From the NCBI GenBank assembly GCA_963819655.1, contig CAWFXA010000001.1, positions 256,001 to 320,000 of the forward strand: a stretch of 64,000 nt of DNA, given 5' to 3'. Positions within the stretch are counted from its first letter, which is position 1, and each line of letters opens with the position of its first letter. This document shows, piece by piece, positions 9,003-18,688 of this stretch. The translations under genes were made by a program, and so were the position numbers. The notes under the pieces were generated by a model, which saw only the letters and a program-made list of their open reading frames with translations, had not been told where the DNA came from and did not search any database. The DNA comes from an uncultured Chloroflexia bacterium (lineage in GTDB: Bacteria; Chloroflexota; Limnocylindria; Limnocylindrales; CSP1-4).

Positions 9003-11524
9003 CGGACTGCGATCTCGTGGGCGCCGGCGAGGTTGATCGCGGTCAGGCGACCGCCACGGAACGGGGTGCCCACCACGGTCGGCCGGAGCCGGATCCGCCG
9101 GGCATGGCCCGGCTCGATCGAGAACGCATCGTCCTCGGGGACCCAGCCGGGTGCCTCGAATCGGACTCCGTAGACCAGCTTCCGCGCCCGGATCTCGACC
9201 GTCACGTCGTCGCCGACGTCGCCGGCGTCACTGGCCAGCTCGGCCTCCAGGCCGATGGCGGAGGCCGTCTCGATCGCAGACGGGCGGCCCGCCGGGAAGC
9301 GCATGGCCATCGACAGCTGCTCCGGGGGGTCACCGTCGACTGTCTCCAGGCTGGCGACCACCAGGTCCTGCGCCGGCGGTCCGAAGCGGTAGGCCCACGA
9401 CACATCGACGAACCGACCGAGCAGTGTCTCGACGTTGCGTTCCGCCGTCCCATGTCCGGGCAGCTCGATGGGGACGGTGATGTCGCCGACCGGGACCTGG
9501 CCGTCCCGATAGAGCGCGACCCGCAGCCGCGCCGACAGCGGCTCGGGCCGGTCGTTCGCGACGTGGACGGCGATCCCCCCAAGCCCTTCGTCCGTCATCC
9601 AGACCGCGATCGGGGCGAGGGCACGACGGATGTGATGGAAGGCGGTCTTGGGCCGTCCATCCCGGTCGAGCAGACCCCAGCCGGCACCCGACACGACATC
9701 CCGCCACCACAGGACGAGGCCGCCACCGCAGGTCGACGCCGCTCGGCGCCACTCCCCGAACACGTCGGCCATGACCTCGCCGGTCACGGCTCGGGACAGA
9801 GCCAGATACCGCGCCGGGTCGTCGCGCCGAAGCGCTGCCGGATCGACGCCGTAGAGCTCGCCGAGATAGTGATCGCGAACGTCCGCGAAGTCCCAGGTGG
9901 AGCCGTTGTCGCGGGGCACGCCTGCCGATCCCGTCCCGTCCGGGACGTCCATCGCGTCATCGGGCAGATTGGAGAAGGCCAGGCACTCGGCCGCGAAACG
10001 GACGCCCGCCATCCGTGCGTCCGACAAGGGCCGCCGGTAGCCGCCGACGCCGTAGTAGTTGGCGATTCCGCGGTCCGGGCGGAACGGCAGGTCGCCACCG
10101 AGCGGCGTCGATGGCACGACCACGGCATCCGATCCGGCGTTCGCCGCGATGGCGGGCAACGTCTCGGCGTAGAACGGGTCGCGCCCCAGCAGCGGGTCGA
10201 GCCCGAGCATCGCGACCTGCTGCTCGATCTCGCTGTTGCCGCACACCACCGCGGTGCTCGGATGGCCGGCGAGCCGCCCGACCACCTGCGCCGCCTCGCG
10301 CTCGGCGAGGCCCCGGAACGCATCGTCGGCGAACGGGTAGTCGAGGTTCGCGAACATCAGGTCCTGCCATACGAGGATGCCGAGCTCGTCGCACAGCGCG
10401 TGGAACGCGTCGGACTCGTACAGACCGATGCCGGGGACGCGCAGCATGTTCATCCCGCCGGCCACGACCAGCTCGAGGGATGCCCGAAGCTCAGCCTCCG
10501 GAACGGCGATCCCGACGGGGTCGATCGGCGTCCATACGGCGCCGCGCCCGAAGACGCGCACGCCGTTGATGTGCGGGTCGAGTCCGTCCCGCGCGACATC
10601 GTGATCCGGGCTCGGGCCTGGCGCCAGCGACCGGAAGCCGACACGTCCGGCGTCGACGGTCAGTGTCGACGCGCCCGACACGACCCGGAGAACCACCGAG
10701 TGCAGCGCCGGGGTGCCGTGCGTGTGCGGCCACCAGGTCGCGACTTCCGGGATGCGCATCTCGCCCGCGAAACGCTGTGACCCATCGGTCGCCGTCACGT
10801 CCACGGTCGCCTCGTGCCGGCCGGACGGCCCGTCGAGCTCGACCAGCACGCGGTCCGGCACATCGGCCCCGAGCGATCGGAGACGTCCGCCGATCTCGAG
10901 CCGCCCGACGTCGCCATCGAGCGTCGCGCGAACGCGCAGGTCATCGGCCACGACGCCCCGCCCGCGCTCGATCGAGACGGGGCGCCATGGACCGACGACC
11001 GGCGGCCCGGCTGAGAAGCCTGGGGCACGCCCGAAAAGCGATGTCCGGAACCAGCGCAGGTTCCCGTCGTTGACGAGTGCCGTGCGCCAGCGTGCGCGCG
11101 GCGTGCGCGACTCGGCGAGGAGCGGGGTGAGCGGCCGGCAGCGGATCTCGAGCTCGTGAGATCCACCGACGAGCCGGGTGATGTCGACGATATGTCCCAG
11201 GAACATCGACTCGCTCGTCGCGACGGTCACGCCGTCGAGCAGGACGTCGGCGATCGTCGCGATCCCGTCGAGGCGAAGGACGACCTCCTCGCCCGGTCGA
11301 GCAGGCGCCGCCTCGAAGTGCGTCCGGAATGACCACTCCGCGTCATCGACACCGGCCGGGAGCGCTCGCCCCGCATCGCGGTACGCACCCGCGACGGTGC
11401 CGGGGACGCGCGCTGGGATCCGATCGGCGGAGGGTGAACCCCCAACAACGACCTCCCAGCCCGTGTCGATGGCGTGGACCTCGAGACCCAGCGCGATCGG
11501 CGCGACGGGTGCTATCACAGCCAT
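8999..11524 (-). CDS. GH2 beta-mannosidase-like glycoside hydrolase
   Basis: LDGIATIA, WWPHTHG.P.L, GMNMLRV, CDELGILVWQDLMFA, CGNSE. Confidence 0.9.
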   Translation of the reverse strand: MAVIAPVAPIALGLEVHAIDTGWEVVVGGSPSADRIPARVPGTVAGAYRDAGRALPAGVDDAEWSFRTHFEAAPARPGEEVVLRLDGIATIADVLLDGVTVATSESMFLGHIVDITRLVGGSHELEIRCRPLTPLLAESRTPRARWRTALVNDGNLRWFRTSLFGRAPGFSAGPPVVGPWRPVSIERGRGVVADDLRVRATLDGDVGRLEIGGRLRSLGADVPDRVLVELDGPSGRHEATVDVTATDGSQRFAGEMRIPEVATWWPHTHGTPALHSVVLRVVSGASTLTVDAGRVGFRSLAPGPSPDHDVARDGLDPHINGVRVFGRGAVWTPIDPVGIAVPEAELRASLELVVAGGMNMLRVPGIGLYESDAFHALCDELGILVWQDLMFANLDYPFADDAFRGLAEREAAQVVGRLAGHPSTAVVCGNSEIEQQVAMLGLDPLLGRDPFYAETLPAIAANAGSDAVVVPSTPLGGDLPFRPDRGIANYYGVGGYRRPLSDARMAGVRFAAECLAFSNLPDDAMDVPDGTGSAGVPRDNGSTWDFADVRDHYLGELYGVDPAALRRDDPARYLALSRAVTGEVMADVFGEWRRAASTCGGGLVLWWRDVVSGAGWGLLDRDGRPKTAFHHIRRALAPIAVWMTDEGLGGIAVHVANDRPEPLSARLRVALYRDGQVPVGDITVPIELPGHGTAERNVETLLGRFVDVSWAYRFGPPAQDLVVASLETVDGDPPEQLSMAMRFPAGRPSAIETASAIGLEAELASDAGDVGDDVTVEIRARKLVYGVRFEAPGWVPEDDAFSIEPGHARRIRLRPTVVGTPFRGGRLTAINLAGAHEIAVR

Positions 11525-11525
11525 C

Positions 11526-12497
11526 TCAGCCGACCGCCGCGTGCAGCGCGCCGATCGCCGACGTCCACGCCTCGGACATCGCCGCGACCGTCGGCCCCGG
11601 GTCGAACGGCCGCTGTCGCGCAAGCTTGAAACCGAGCACCTTGGCGCCCTCGACGATCCCGCTGAACGCGTCCGATGCAGGCTGGCCCGCCGAACCGAGC
11701 AGCCAGTCGACATGCGAGGCAAGCAGTTCGAACCCGGCGCCGGCCATCCGCACCGTGGCGAAGGCGTAGGCGTGATACATGGCGGGGTCACCGTCGAGCA
11801 GCGCGGGCAGGTCCGCGACCAGTCGGTCGCCGAACCGCGCGAACGGATCGGTCGCGGGGGCCTTGGTCAGGTGATGGCGGATCGCGTCGAGCGACGCGCC
11901 GCGCAGGTCGGATCCGGACAGTCGAGGTCCAGCGTCGAACCGGACGAGCTCGGTGTACGGCGGCAGGATCGCGGGATCGGCCCCGTCGAGTCGGAAGATG
12001 CCGCGGTAGTCGTCACCTGCGAGCTCGTAGAGCGAGGCGTTGTGGAAGTAGCGCAGGCGCTCGCCGGCGACGTCGATCGCCTCCGGGATGACCGACGTCT
12101 TGACGTTCTGGGTCCGGTAGCTCGTTGACGCCGTGTCGGGCAGGAACCACGCGTCGAGCTCGACGGTCATCGTCCTGCTGTCCGCGATGAGCTCGGCGAT
12201 CTGGAGCGGTAGCGGCCGGTATGGCTGCATCTCGTGGATGTCCAGGCCGAACAGGGTTTCGAGATCACGCTGATCGGGCTTGAAGAAGCCCCACTGGTCG
12301 TTCTCGAAATCGAGCCGGACCAGCCCACCGAGCGCCGCCAGCGGCTCATCCCCACGCGCGTGCAGCAGCTCGATGAGGATGTCCGTGTAGCAATTGGTCT
12401 CGGGGTACGTCCGGTCGTCGCCGTGGACGCGGTGCGGCCGGTAGGCGGTCGGATCGAGGCCGAACAGACTCACGAGACCAGACGTGGCAGTCGTCAT
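11526..12497 (-). CDS. DUF1839-like protein
   Basis: ETNCYTD, DFENDQWGFFKP, LPDT..TSY, YFHN, LPPYTE, YHAYAFATVR; position beside the aa:CP ligase. Confidence 0.8.
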   Translation of the reverse strand: MTTATSGLVSLFGLDPTAYRPHRVHGDDRTYPETNCYTDILIELLHARGDEPLAALGGLVRLDFENDQWGFFKPDQRDLETLFGLDIHEMQPYRPLPLQIAELIADSRTMTVELDAWFLPDTASTSYRTQNVKTSVIPEAIDVAGERLRYFHNASLYELAGDDYRGIFRLDGADPAILPPYTELVRFDAGPRLSGSDLRGASLDAIRHHLTKAPATDPFARFGDRLVADLPALLDGDPAMYHAYAFATVRMAGAGFELLASHVDWLLGSAGQPASDAFSGIVEGAKVLGFKLARQRPFDPGPTVAAMSEAWTSAIGALHAAVG

Positions 12498-13426
12498 CGG
12501 GGCCACAGCTCGTCGCGCACAGCGGCAGGCCACGTCAATGGGTCGAAGCCATGGGTCTTGAGGAGCGCGATGACGACACGCTCGTGGCCGAAGCCGAGGC
12601 AGGCGGTGTTGACATCGCCGCCGTCGGTACGGGTCATCCCGTGCATGGTCGCGAAGTGGTCCTGGTGGAAGTTGAACGAGGCGACCGCGGTCGGCGTCGG
12701 ACCCGCGATATGGACGAGGACCTCGATCTTGAGTGCCTGCTCGCGCTGGCTGGCCGCGAGCATCCGCCCGGTCCGGCCGAAGAACGGATCGGACGCCACG
12801 TCGCCGGCCGCGTCGAGGCCGAGGCAACGCAGCAGCTCGAGTCCGCGCTGCGCCCACCGGTCGCGCCACGCCAGGACCTCAGTCGGATCGCCGATCCGGA
12901 CGAGCTCCCGCATGTGGAACATCTGGAGCCGGGCGGGATCGTGCGACGGCTCGTGACGAAATACGTACGACCCGCCCGGATCGATCGTGACGCCGTCGCG
13001 ACCGAGCGGCCCCCGTGCCGCAACCGCGGCGTAGACCGGGTAGCAGACCGCGGGGACGAGAGCAACGTCGGTCATCGACTGGAACTCGCTCCAGTCCTCG
13101 TGGCGGCTCGCGCGTTCGTACTGCTCGAGCGCCTCGGATTCCGTGCCCTCGAACCCGAAGATCGCACCGGCAAGATGCGGGAACGACTTGAGGTAGCCGC
13201 TCTGCTCGAACAGCCGCCGGGGCAGGATCGGCGGGAAGCGCATCGACTCGGCGCCCTCGTCGACGGCGGTTCGCGTCACGAGCTCGTCGAACCGGAGCCG
13301 GATGTCCTCGAACACGGCACCACGTCCATACAGCCCGGGGACGCCGGTCCAGATGAGGAGGCCGTGATCGATCAGTGCGTCGAGCAGCGCCGCCTGGTCC
13401 GGCGTGGCCGCCTGGATCCCCCGCAC
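12494..13426 (-). CDS. Amino acid--[carrier protein] ligase (atypical SerRS catalytic-domain homolog)
   Basis: RFPPIL, GYLKSFPHL, CYP, motif 2 FRHEPS.DPARLQMFHMRE, motif 3 TACLGFGHER; 310 aa with no tRNA-binding domain. Confidence 0.92.
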   Translation of the reverse strand: MRGIQAATPDQAALLDALIDHGLLIWTGVPGLYGRGAVFEDIRLRFDELVTRTAVDEGAESMRFPPILPRRLFEQSGYLKSFPHLAGAIFGFEGTESEALEQYERASRHEDWSEFQSMTDVALVPAVCYPVYAAVAARGPLGRDGVTIDPGGSYVFRHEPSHDPARLQMFHMRELVRIGDPTEVLAWRDRWAQRGLELLRCLGLDAAGDVASDPFFGRTGRMLAASQREQALKIEVLVHIAGPTPTAVASFNFHQDHFATMHGMTRTDGGDVNTACLGFGHERVVIALLKTHGFDPLTWPAAVRDELWPR

Positions 13427-13427
13427 G

Positions 13428-14603
13428 TCAGACGTCCTTGGCGATCAGCAGGAGGCTGGCGTTGGTCTGGTGGATCCGCTCGTTGGCGACCATGAGCGAC
13501 GCCGACATCGAGTCGCGGATATGCCGCCCGACGCTGAAGGGCGTGTCGTTCTTGAACCCGACGATGCCGGTGACGCCGAGCGCTCCCTGGCAGATCTTGG
13601 GGGCGTGCTCGGACGCCGCGAGCTTGAGGTTGTTGAAGCGCAGGATCGTGGCCATCGTCGTCAGTCGTTCACGGTCGCTCTCCGGGACATCCGTGAAGTC
13701 GCGCAGGCCCGATCCGACCTCCGCGCGGAGCAGCGCCAGGTCCGTCATCAGGTGCGACAGCCGCTGCGCGAGCGGCTGGGCCGCCTCGGGCCGACCCTTC
13801 GCTGAGGCTCGAACGAACGCCCGTGCGCGGTCGAATGCGTCGGTGGCGATGCCCAGCCAGAGGTGCGACCACAGCACGTGTGTCACGGGCACCATCGACT
13901 CCGGCGCGATCGTCGAGAACGGCGTCGGCATGATCTGGTCGGTCGGGAACTCGGCTCGAACGGTGAAGCCCGGCGAGCATGTGCCCCGCATCCCGAGCGG
14001 ATCCCACGTGCCGTTCTGCTCGAGGATCGTCTGATCACGGCGCGTCAGCGCAAGGACCTGGTCGCCGGGCTCGGCGTCCGGCGTCCGGCGGAGCGTCGTC
14101 AGGAAGTCGTCGGCATACGACCCGTAGGACACCGTCGGGGCGGCCTTCTCGAAGGTCGCACAGCCATCCCCGCTCGGCGCCACGGCGGCGATCGACCGTC
14201 CGATGTCGCCGCCGGTCCCGATCTCCGAGGTGACCGACGCGATGAGCCGCTGCTCGCGCGCGAGCTCGCGCAGATAGCCTTGGAACCATGGCGCACCGTC
14301 GGCGTGACGGATGAGCGTCGCCACCTGGATCTGGTGCATCCCGAACACCATGCCGCTCGCACCGCAGCGCCGGCCGAGTTCGAACACCGCCGCCGCGATC
14401 GTCTCGAGGCGCATACCCCCGCCGTCCATATCGGCCGGCACGAGCGCGGCGAGCGCGCCTTCGGCGCGAAGCGCATCCATGGTCTCGCTCGGGAATCGAG
14501 CGTCGCGGTCCACGCCGTCGGCGTTCGGCGCGGCCACCTCATCGGCGATCCGTCGGATCGACTCGAGGAACGCCTGATCGCGATCGACCAGCCCCACGGT
14601 CAT
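13428..14603 (-). CDS. Acyl-CoA dehydrogenase-fold flavoprotein (possibly a monooxygenase)
   Basis: VDRDARFP, SVTSE.GTGG, WDPLGMRGTCS; C-terminus LMVANERI in place of IYEGT. Confidence 0.85.
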   Translation of the reverse strand: MTVGLVDRDQAFLESIRRIADEVAAPNADGVDRDARFPSETMDALRAEGALAALVPADMDGGGMRLETIAAAVFELGRRCGASGMVFGMHQIQVATLIRHADGAPWFQGYLRELAREQRLIASVTSEIGTGGDIGRSIAAVAPSGDGCATFEKAAPTVSYGSYADDFLTTLRRTPDAEPGDQVLALTRRDQTILEQNGTWDPLGMRGTCSPGFTVRAEFPTDQIMPTPFSTIAPESMVPVTHVLWSHLWLGIATDAFDRARAFVRASAKGRPEAAQPLAQRLSHLMTDLALLRAEVGSGLRDFTDVPESDRERLTTMATILRFNNLKLAASEHAPKICQGALGVTGIVGFKNDTPFSVGRHIRDSMSASLMVANERIHQTNASLLLIAKDV

Positions 14604-14842
14604 GCCGCGACCCCCAGCGTCTCGAGTGCGTCGCTGATCGCACGGACGCTCTGGAACACGGTCCGCTTCAGCATGGCGTCCGGGAACTCGACGTCGAACT
14701 CGGACTCGAGCGCCAGCATCACGTTGACGCTGGCATGCGACGTCATGCCGGCCTGGTACAGGTCCGCCTCGTCGTCGAGCTTGTCGAGGTCGGCGGGTAG
14801 CCGGCCATGCTCACGGATGATCTTTCGAACGCGCTCGACCAC
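14600..14842 (-). CDS. Carrier protein (ACP/PCP-like)
   Basis: 80 aa acidic protein, DLYQAGMTSHASVNVMLALESEFDVEFP; Ppant Ser in a GMTS variant. Confidence 0.9.
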   Translation of the reverse strand: MVERVRKIIREHGRLPADLDKLDDEADLYQAGMTSHASVNVMLALESEFDVEFPDAMLKRTVFQSVRAISDALETLGVAA

Positions 14843-15054
14843 GAACCGAGGCCCCCCTGATCGCTTTGTTACCTGTGTCGGTGCCCGATGTCGGGCTAGA
14901 CGATGACGGCCGGAGCATACGATGCGACGGGGCCGATGGGACCTTCGTCATCCCCGATAAGGGCCCATTCGGCGTCGTTGTGGTGCGCCTGCGCAACCGT
15001 GCGACCGACCTTGACGTCACGGCACTACCCCGCAAGCATCCGGATGTGAACAAC

Positions 15055-15477
15055 GTGTCAATTCTTCGTTTTGGCCTTGACCTCGTGCCGGTCGCCTCGG
15101 TCGTCCAGAACATCGCGGACCACGACGCTCGCTACCTCGAACGGGTCTACACGGCGGGTGAGGTGGCGGACAGCCGGACCGCCTCCCGCGTCGATGCGCG
15201 CCGGCTCGCGGAGCGGTTCGCGGTCAAGGAGGCGACGCTCAAGGTCCTGCCGGCATCCGACGAAGGCATCGACTTCCGTTCGATCGAGCTCGTCTGCGAC
15301 CGCGCGACCGGACGGCTCGGGGTGGCCGTCCACGGCAGGGCTGCAGAGCTCGCGGCCGCATCGGGAATCACGCGCTTCGCGGTCAGCGTCACCAGCGACG
15401 AGCGGCTGGCCGCGGCGGTGGTCGTCGCAGAAGTCGGCGACCCGGCGCCCGATGACGCGCCGGCTACGACTCGCTGA
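15055..15477 (+). CDS. acpS: Holo-ACP synthase (AcpS-type phosphopantetheinyl transferase)
   Basis: GLDLV, RVYTAGE, LAERFAVKEATLK, VSVTSD..AAAVVV; start uncertain (15046 or 15055). Confidence 0.85.
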   Translation: MSILRFGLDLVPVASVVQNIADHDARYLERVYTAGEVADSRTASRVDARRLAERFAVKEATLKVLPASDEGIDFRSIELVCDRATGRLGVAVHGRAAELAAASGITRFAVSVTSDERLAAAVVVAEVGDPAPDDAPATTR

Positions 15478-15802
15478 TCTCCAGGGGGCCGTCCGGGACC
15501 TCGATGAGGACCCGACCGTTCTCGAGGACCACCGGGTAGACCGCGAGAGCGTCCTCCGCCGGAGGGTCGATCGGTTCGCCGCTCGTCAGGTCGAAGCGCG
15601 ACATGTGGAGCGCGCAGGTCAGCGTGCCGTTGGTCAGGAACCCCTTGTCGAGCTCGAAATACTCGTGCGAGCACACGCCCTGGACGGCGGTGAAGTCGCC
15701 GCCCTGGTTGATCACGAGCACCTGGTCGGTGCCGTCCACGAAGACCATCTTCATCTCGCCGTCGTCGATCTCATCGATGCCGATCAGGTCGATCCGTCTC
15801 AT
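15464..15802 (-). CDS. Rieske-type ferredoxin
   Basis: CSH...CALH.SRFDL; last gene of the sufBD unit. Confidence 0.9.
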   Translation of the reverse strand: MRRIDLIGIDEIDDGEMKMVFVDGTDQVLVINQGGDFTAVQGVCSHEYFELDKGFLTNGTLTCALHMSRFDLTSGEPIDPPAEDALAVYPVVLENGRVLIEVPDGPLEISES

Positions 15803-15851
15803 CGCGCTGCCCCGCCCGCGGCGGGCCGACGCGACGGAGGTTGTGGAGGCA

Positions 15852-17216
15852 TCAGGCGGCGGCCTCGCCTGCGACGCCGTCGGTGCCGGCGATCCATTTC
15901 GCCTCGAGCAGCTCGCGCAGGCGATCCTGCGCCGATGCCAGCGGGACCCGGGCCACCACCGGCTCGAGGAACCCGAGCACGATGAACTTGCGCGCCTCGT
16001 CGGGCGGGATGCCGCGCGATTCGAGGTAGAAGAGCTGCGTCTCGTCGACCGGCCCGACCGAGCTCGAGTGCATCGCGCGGCGGCAGTCCGGCTGGTCTAT
16101 CTCGAGGCTCGGGATCGCGACCGAGCGCGCCGACTTCGAGAGGTTCATGCCGAACTCGCCGAGGAAGCTGTCGGTCCCGTTGGCCGACCGCTCGATCGTG
16201 ATGAGGCCCTTGAGATACGTCCGCGACTTCTCGAGCAGCGCCGCCTTGGACAGCAGGTCGCCCGTCGTGTTCTTGCCGACGTGCGTCGTGTAGGAGGTCA
16301 GGTCGAACAGCTGCTCGTCGGCCCCGAACACGATCTCGACCTGCTCGACCGAGCTCCGGTCACCGACGAGGCGGTTGTCGACGCGGCTGCGGACCAGGCG
16401 GCCGCCGAGTTGAGCCAACGCCCACTGGAGCGTGGCGGCCTCCCCGATGCTCGCGGTCCGGTGTTGCACGGCGACGACGTTCCCGGGCAGCTCCTGCAGG
16501 CTTGCGACCTGGAGCTTCGCGTTCGCCCCGAGCGTGACCTCCATCGTCCCGGCGAAAAACGACTGGCTCCCTGCCGGGTCGGCGTGGGGCCCCGGAACGA
16601 ACTCCTCGACCACCGACGCGGACGCATCCTTGCCGAGCCGGACCAGCGTGCGTGTCAGGAGTGCCTGCCCGGGTGTGCCGAGGGCCCAGCGCACGACGAT
16701 CGGCTGATCGATGGCCGCTCCGTCGGGGACGTCGACCAGCACGCCCTGGCTCCAGGCGGCACGGGTCAGTTGGGCGAACTTGTCGTCAGCCGCGAGCGCC
16801 GCGCCATCGATCAGCGCCTCGCGGACGGACTCGAGGTCGTCGCGCAGGGAGCGCAGCGCGACGCCGGCCGCCCGGGCCCGCTCCGACAACGCGATGCTCG
16901 AGACGCGCCCGTCGGAGATCTCGATCAGCGCTGCAGCGTCCTCGGGGAGGTCACCGGCCACCGGATCCGCGGCGTTCATCTTGACCACGACATGGGCGTC
17001 CTCGAGATGCGCCGCACGCAAGTCGATATAGGGCGTATACAGGAGGTTCGACTCCGCCGGCAGGCGAGAGTACGACTCGAACGCACCGAGCCGGTCGGCC
17101 GTCAGCCAGTCGGGCTCGGTCGCCGAGAACGCGTCTAGCAGCGAGGTGTCGATCGTAAGGGACAGGTCATCGATGGCCCGCCGCGCGGGCCGGGGCCGTG
17201 AGGCCTGGGCCGTCAA
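15852..17216 (-). CDS. sufD: Fe-S cluster assembly protein SufD
   Basis: PSLEI, HSSSVGPVDETQLFYLESRGI...FIVLGF; TTG start overlaps sufB stop. Confidence 0.9.
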   Translation of the reverse strand: MTAQASRPRPARRAIDDLSLTIDTSLLDAFSATEPDWLTADRLGAFESYSRLPAESNLLYTPYIDLRAAHLEDAHVVVKMNAADPVAGDLPEDAAALIEISDGRVSSIALSERARAAGVALRSLRDDLESVREALIDGAALAADDKFAQLTRAAWSQGVLVDVPDGAAIDQPIVVRWALGTPGQALLTRTLVRLGKDASASVVEEFVPGPHADPAGSQSFFAGTMEVTLGANAKLQVASLQELPGNVVAVQHRTASIGEAATLQWALAQLGGRLVRSRVDNRLVGDRSSVEQVEIVFGADEQLFDLTSYTTHVGKNTTGDLLSKAALLEKSRTYLKGLITIERSANGTDSFLGEFGMNLSKSARSVAIPSLEIDQPDCRRAMHSSSVGPVDETQLFYLESRGIPPDEARKFIVLGFLEPVVARVPLASAQDRLRELLEAKWIAGTDGVAGEAAA

Positions 17217-18616
17217 CCCAGGGACCCTTCCATCTCCATCTTCACCAGCCGGTTGAACTCGATGGCGTATTCCATCGGCAGTTCCTTGGTGAACACCTCG
17301 AGGAAGCCCTGGACGATCAGGTTCTGTGCCTCGTTCTCGGTCAGGCCGCGACTCATGAGATAGAAGACCTGGTCGGCACTGATCTTCCCGACCGTGGCCT
17401 CGTGGGTCATGGTCGTGTCGTCTTCCTGGATGTCGATGTAGGGGTACGTGTCGCTGCGGCTCTGGTCGTCGAGCATCAGCGCGTCACAGCGGACACTGGC
17501 CACGACGTTCGTGGCACCCGGCGCGACCTTGAGCTGGCCGCGGTACGTCGCCCGTCCGCCGTCCTTCGACACGGACTTCGAGACGATCCGCGAGCGCGTG
17601 TTCGGAGCCAGGTGGATGGCCTTGGCCCCGGTGTCCTGGTGCTGGCCCTTGCCGGCCACCGCGACGCTGATGATGTCGGCTGTGGCACCCTCACCGCGCA
17701 GGTAGATCGCCGGGAACTTGACGGTCTTGCGCGAGCCGGTGTTGGCGTCGATCCACTCGACCGTGCTGTTCTCGTAGGCATGGGCGCGCTTGGTCACGAG
17801 GTTGTAGACGTCGTTCGACCAGTTCTGGATCGTCGTGTAGCGAACCTTGGAGCCCGGCAGTGCCACGACCTCGACGACCGCTGCGTGGAGGCTGTCGGTC
17901 GCGTAGATGGGGGCTGTGCAGCCCTCGATGTAGTGGACCTTGGCACCCTCATCGACGACGATGAGCGTCCGCTCGAACTGGCCGGTGTTCTCGCCGTTGA
18001 TGCGGAAGTAGGCCTGCAGCGGGAGGGGGACCTCGACGCCCTTCGGGACGTACACGAACGAGCCGCCCGACCACACGGCGCTGTTGAGCGCCGCGAACTT
18101 GTTGTCCTCGGGCGGGACGATCGTGCCGAAGTGCTTCTTGAAGATGTCCGGGTATTCCTTGAGCGCCTGGTCGGTGCCCATGAACACGACGCCGATCTTG
18201 GACAGCTCCTCGCGGACGCTGTGGTAGACGACCTCAGAGTCGTACTGGGCGCCCACACCGGCGAGGAACTTGCGCTCCGCCTCGGGGATGCCGAGCCGCT
18301 CGAACGTCGCCTTGATCTGCTCGGGGACGTCGTCCCACGACTTCTCTTCGCGCTCCGACGGCTTGCGGTAGTAGACGATCTTGTCGAAGTCGATGCGATC
18401 GAGACCGTCGGTCCAGGCGGGCATGGCCCGTTTCTGGAAATGGTCGTAGGCGCGCAACCGGAACTGGAGCATCCAGTCCGGCTCCTCCTTGAAGCCGCTG
18501 ATCTCCTCGACCGTGGCACGGGTCAGCCCGCGCTTGGTCTCGCGCAGGTACGCGATGTCGTCATGGAAGGCGAACTGTTCTCGCTTGTCGGTGACGATGT
18601 CGCGAGTAGCGGTCAT
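17213..18616 (-). CDS. sufB: Fe-S cluster assembly protein SufB
   Basis: AQYDSEVVY, NSAVWSGGSF, GQFERTLI, EGCTAP, CDALM, HEATV. Confidence 0.97.
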   Translation of the reverse strand: MTATRDIVTDKREQFAFHDDIAYLRETKRGLTRATVEEISGFKEEPDWMLQFRLRAYDHFQKRAMPAWTDGLDRIDFDKIVYYRKPSEREEKSWDDVPEQIKATFERLGIPEAERKFLAGVGAQYDSEVVYHSVREELSKIGVVFMGTDQALKEYPDIFKKHFGTIVPPEDNKFAALNSAVWSGGSFVYVPKGVEVPLPLQAYFRINGENTGQFERTLIVVDEGAKVHYIEGCTAPIYATDSLHAAVVEVVALPGSKVRYTTIQNWSNDVYNLVTKRAHAYENSTVEWIDANTGSRKTVKFPAIYLRGEGATADIISVAVAGKGQHQDTGAKAIHLAPNTRSRIVSKSVSKDGGRATYRGQLKVAPGATNVVASVRCDALMLDDQSRSDTYPYIDIQEDDTTMTHEATVGKISADQVFYLMSRGLTENEAQNLIVQGFLEVFTKELPMEYAIEFNRLVKMEMEGSLG

Positions 18617-18688
18617 TCGGTCCTCGGTCCTAGGGTCCAGCGGGGACGTCGGCGAGCGGCCTGCGCGGACGGCCGGCCTGCCGTGGTC

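Noticed and set aside
12494-13426. Housekeeping seryl-tRNA synthetase
   Set aside because: Too short, lacks the tRNA-binding domain, and sits in an operon with a carrier protein.
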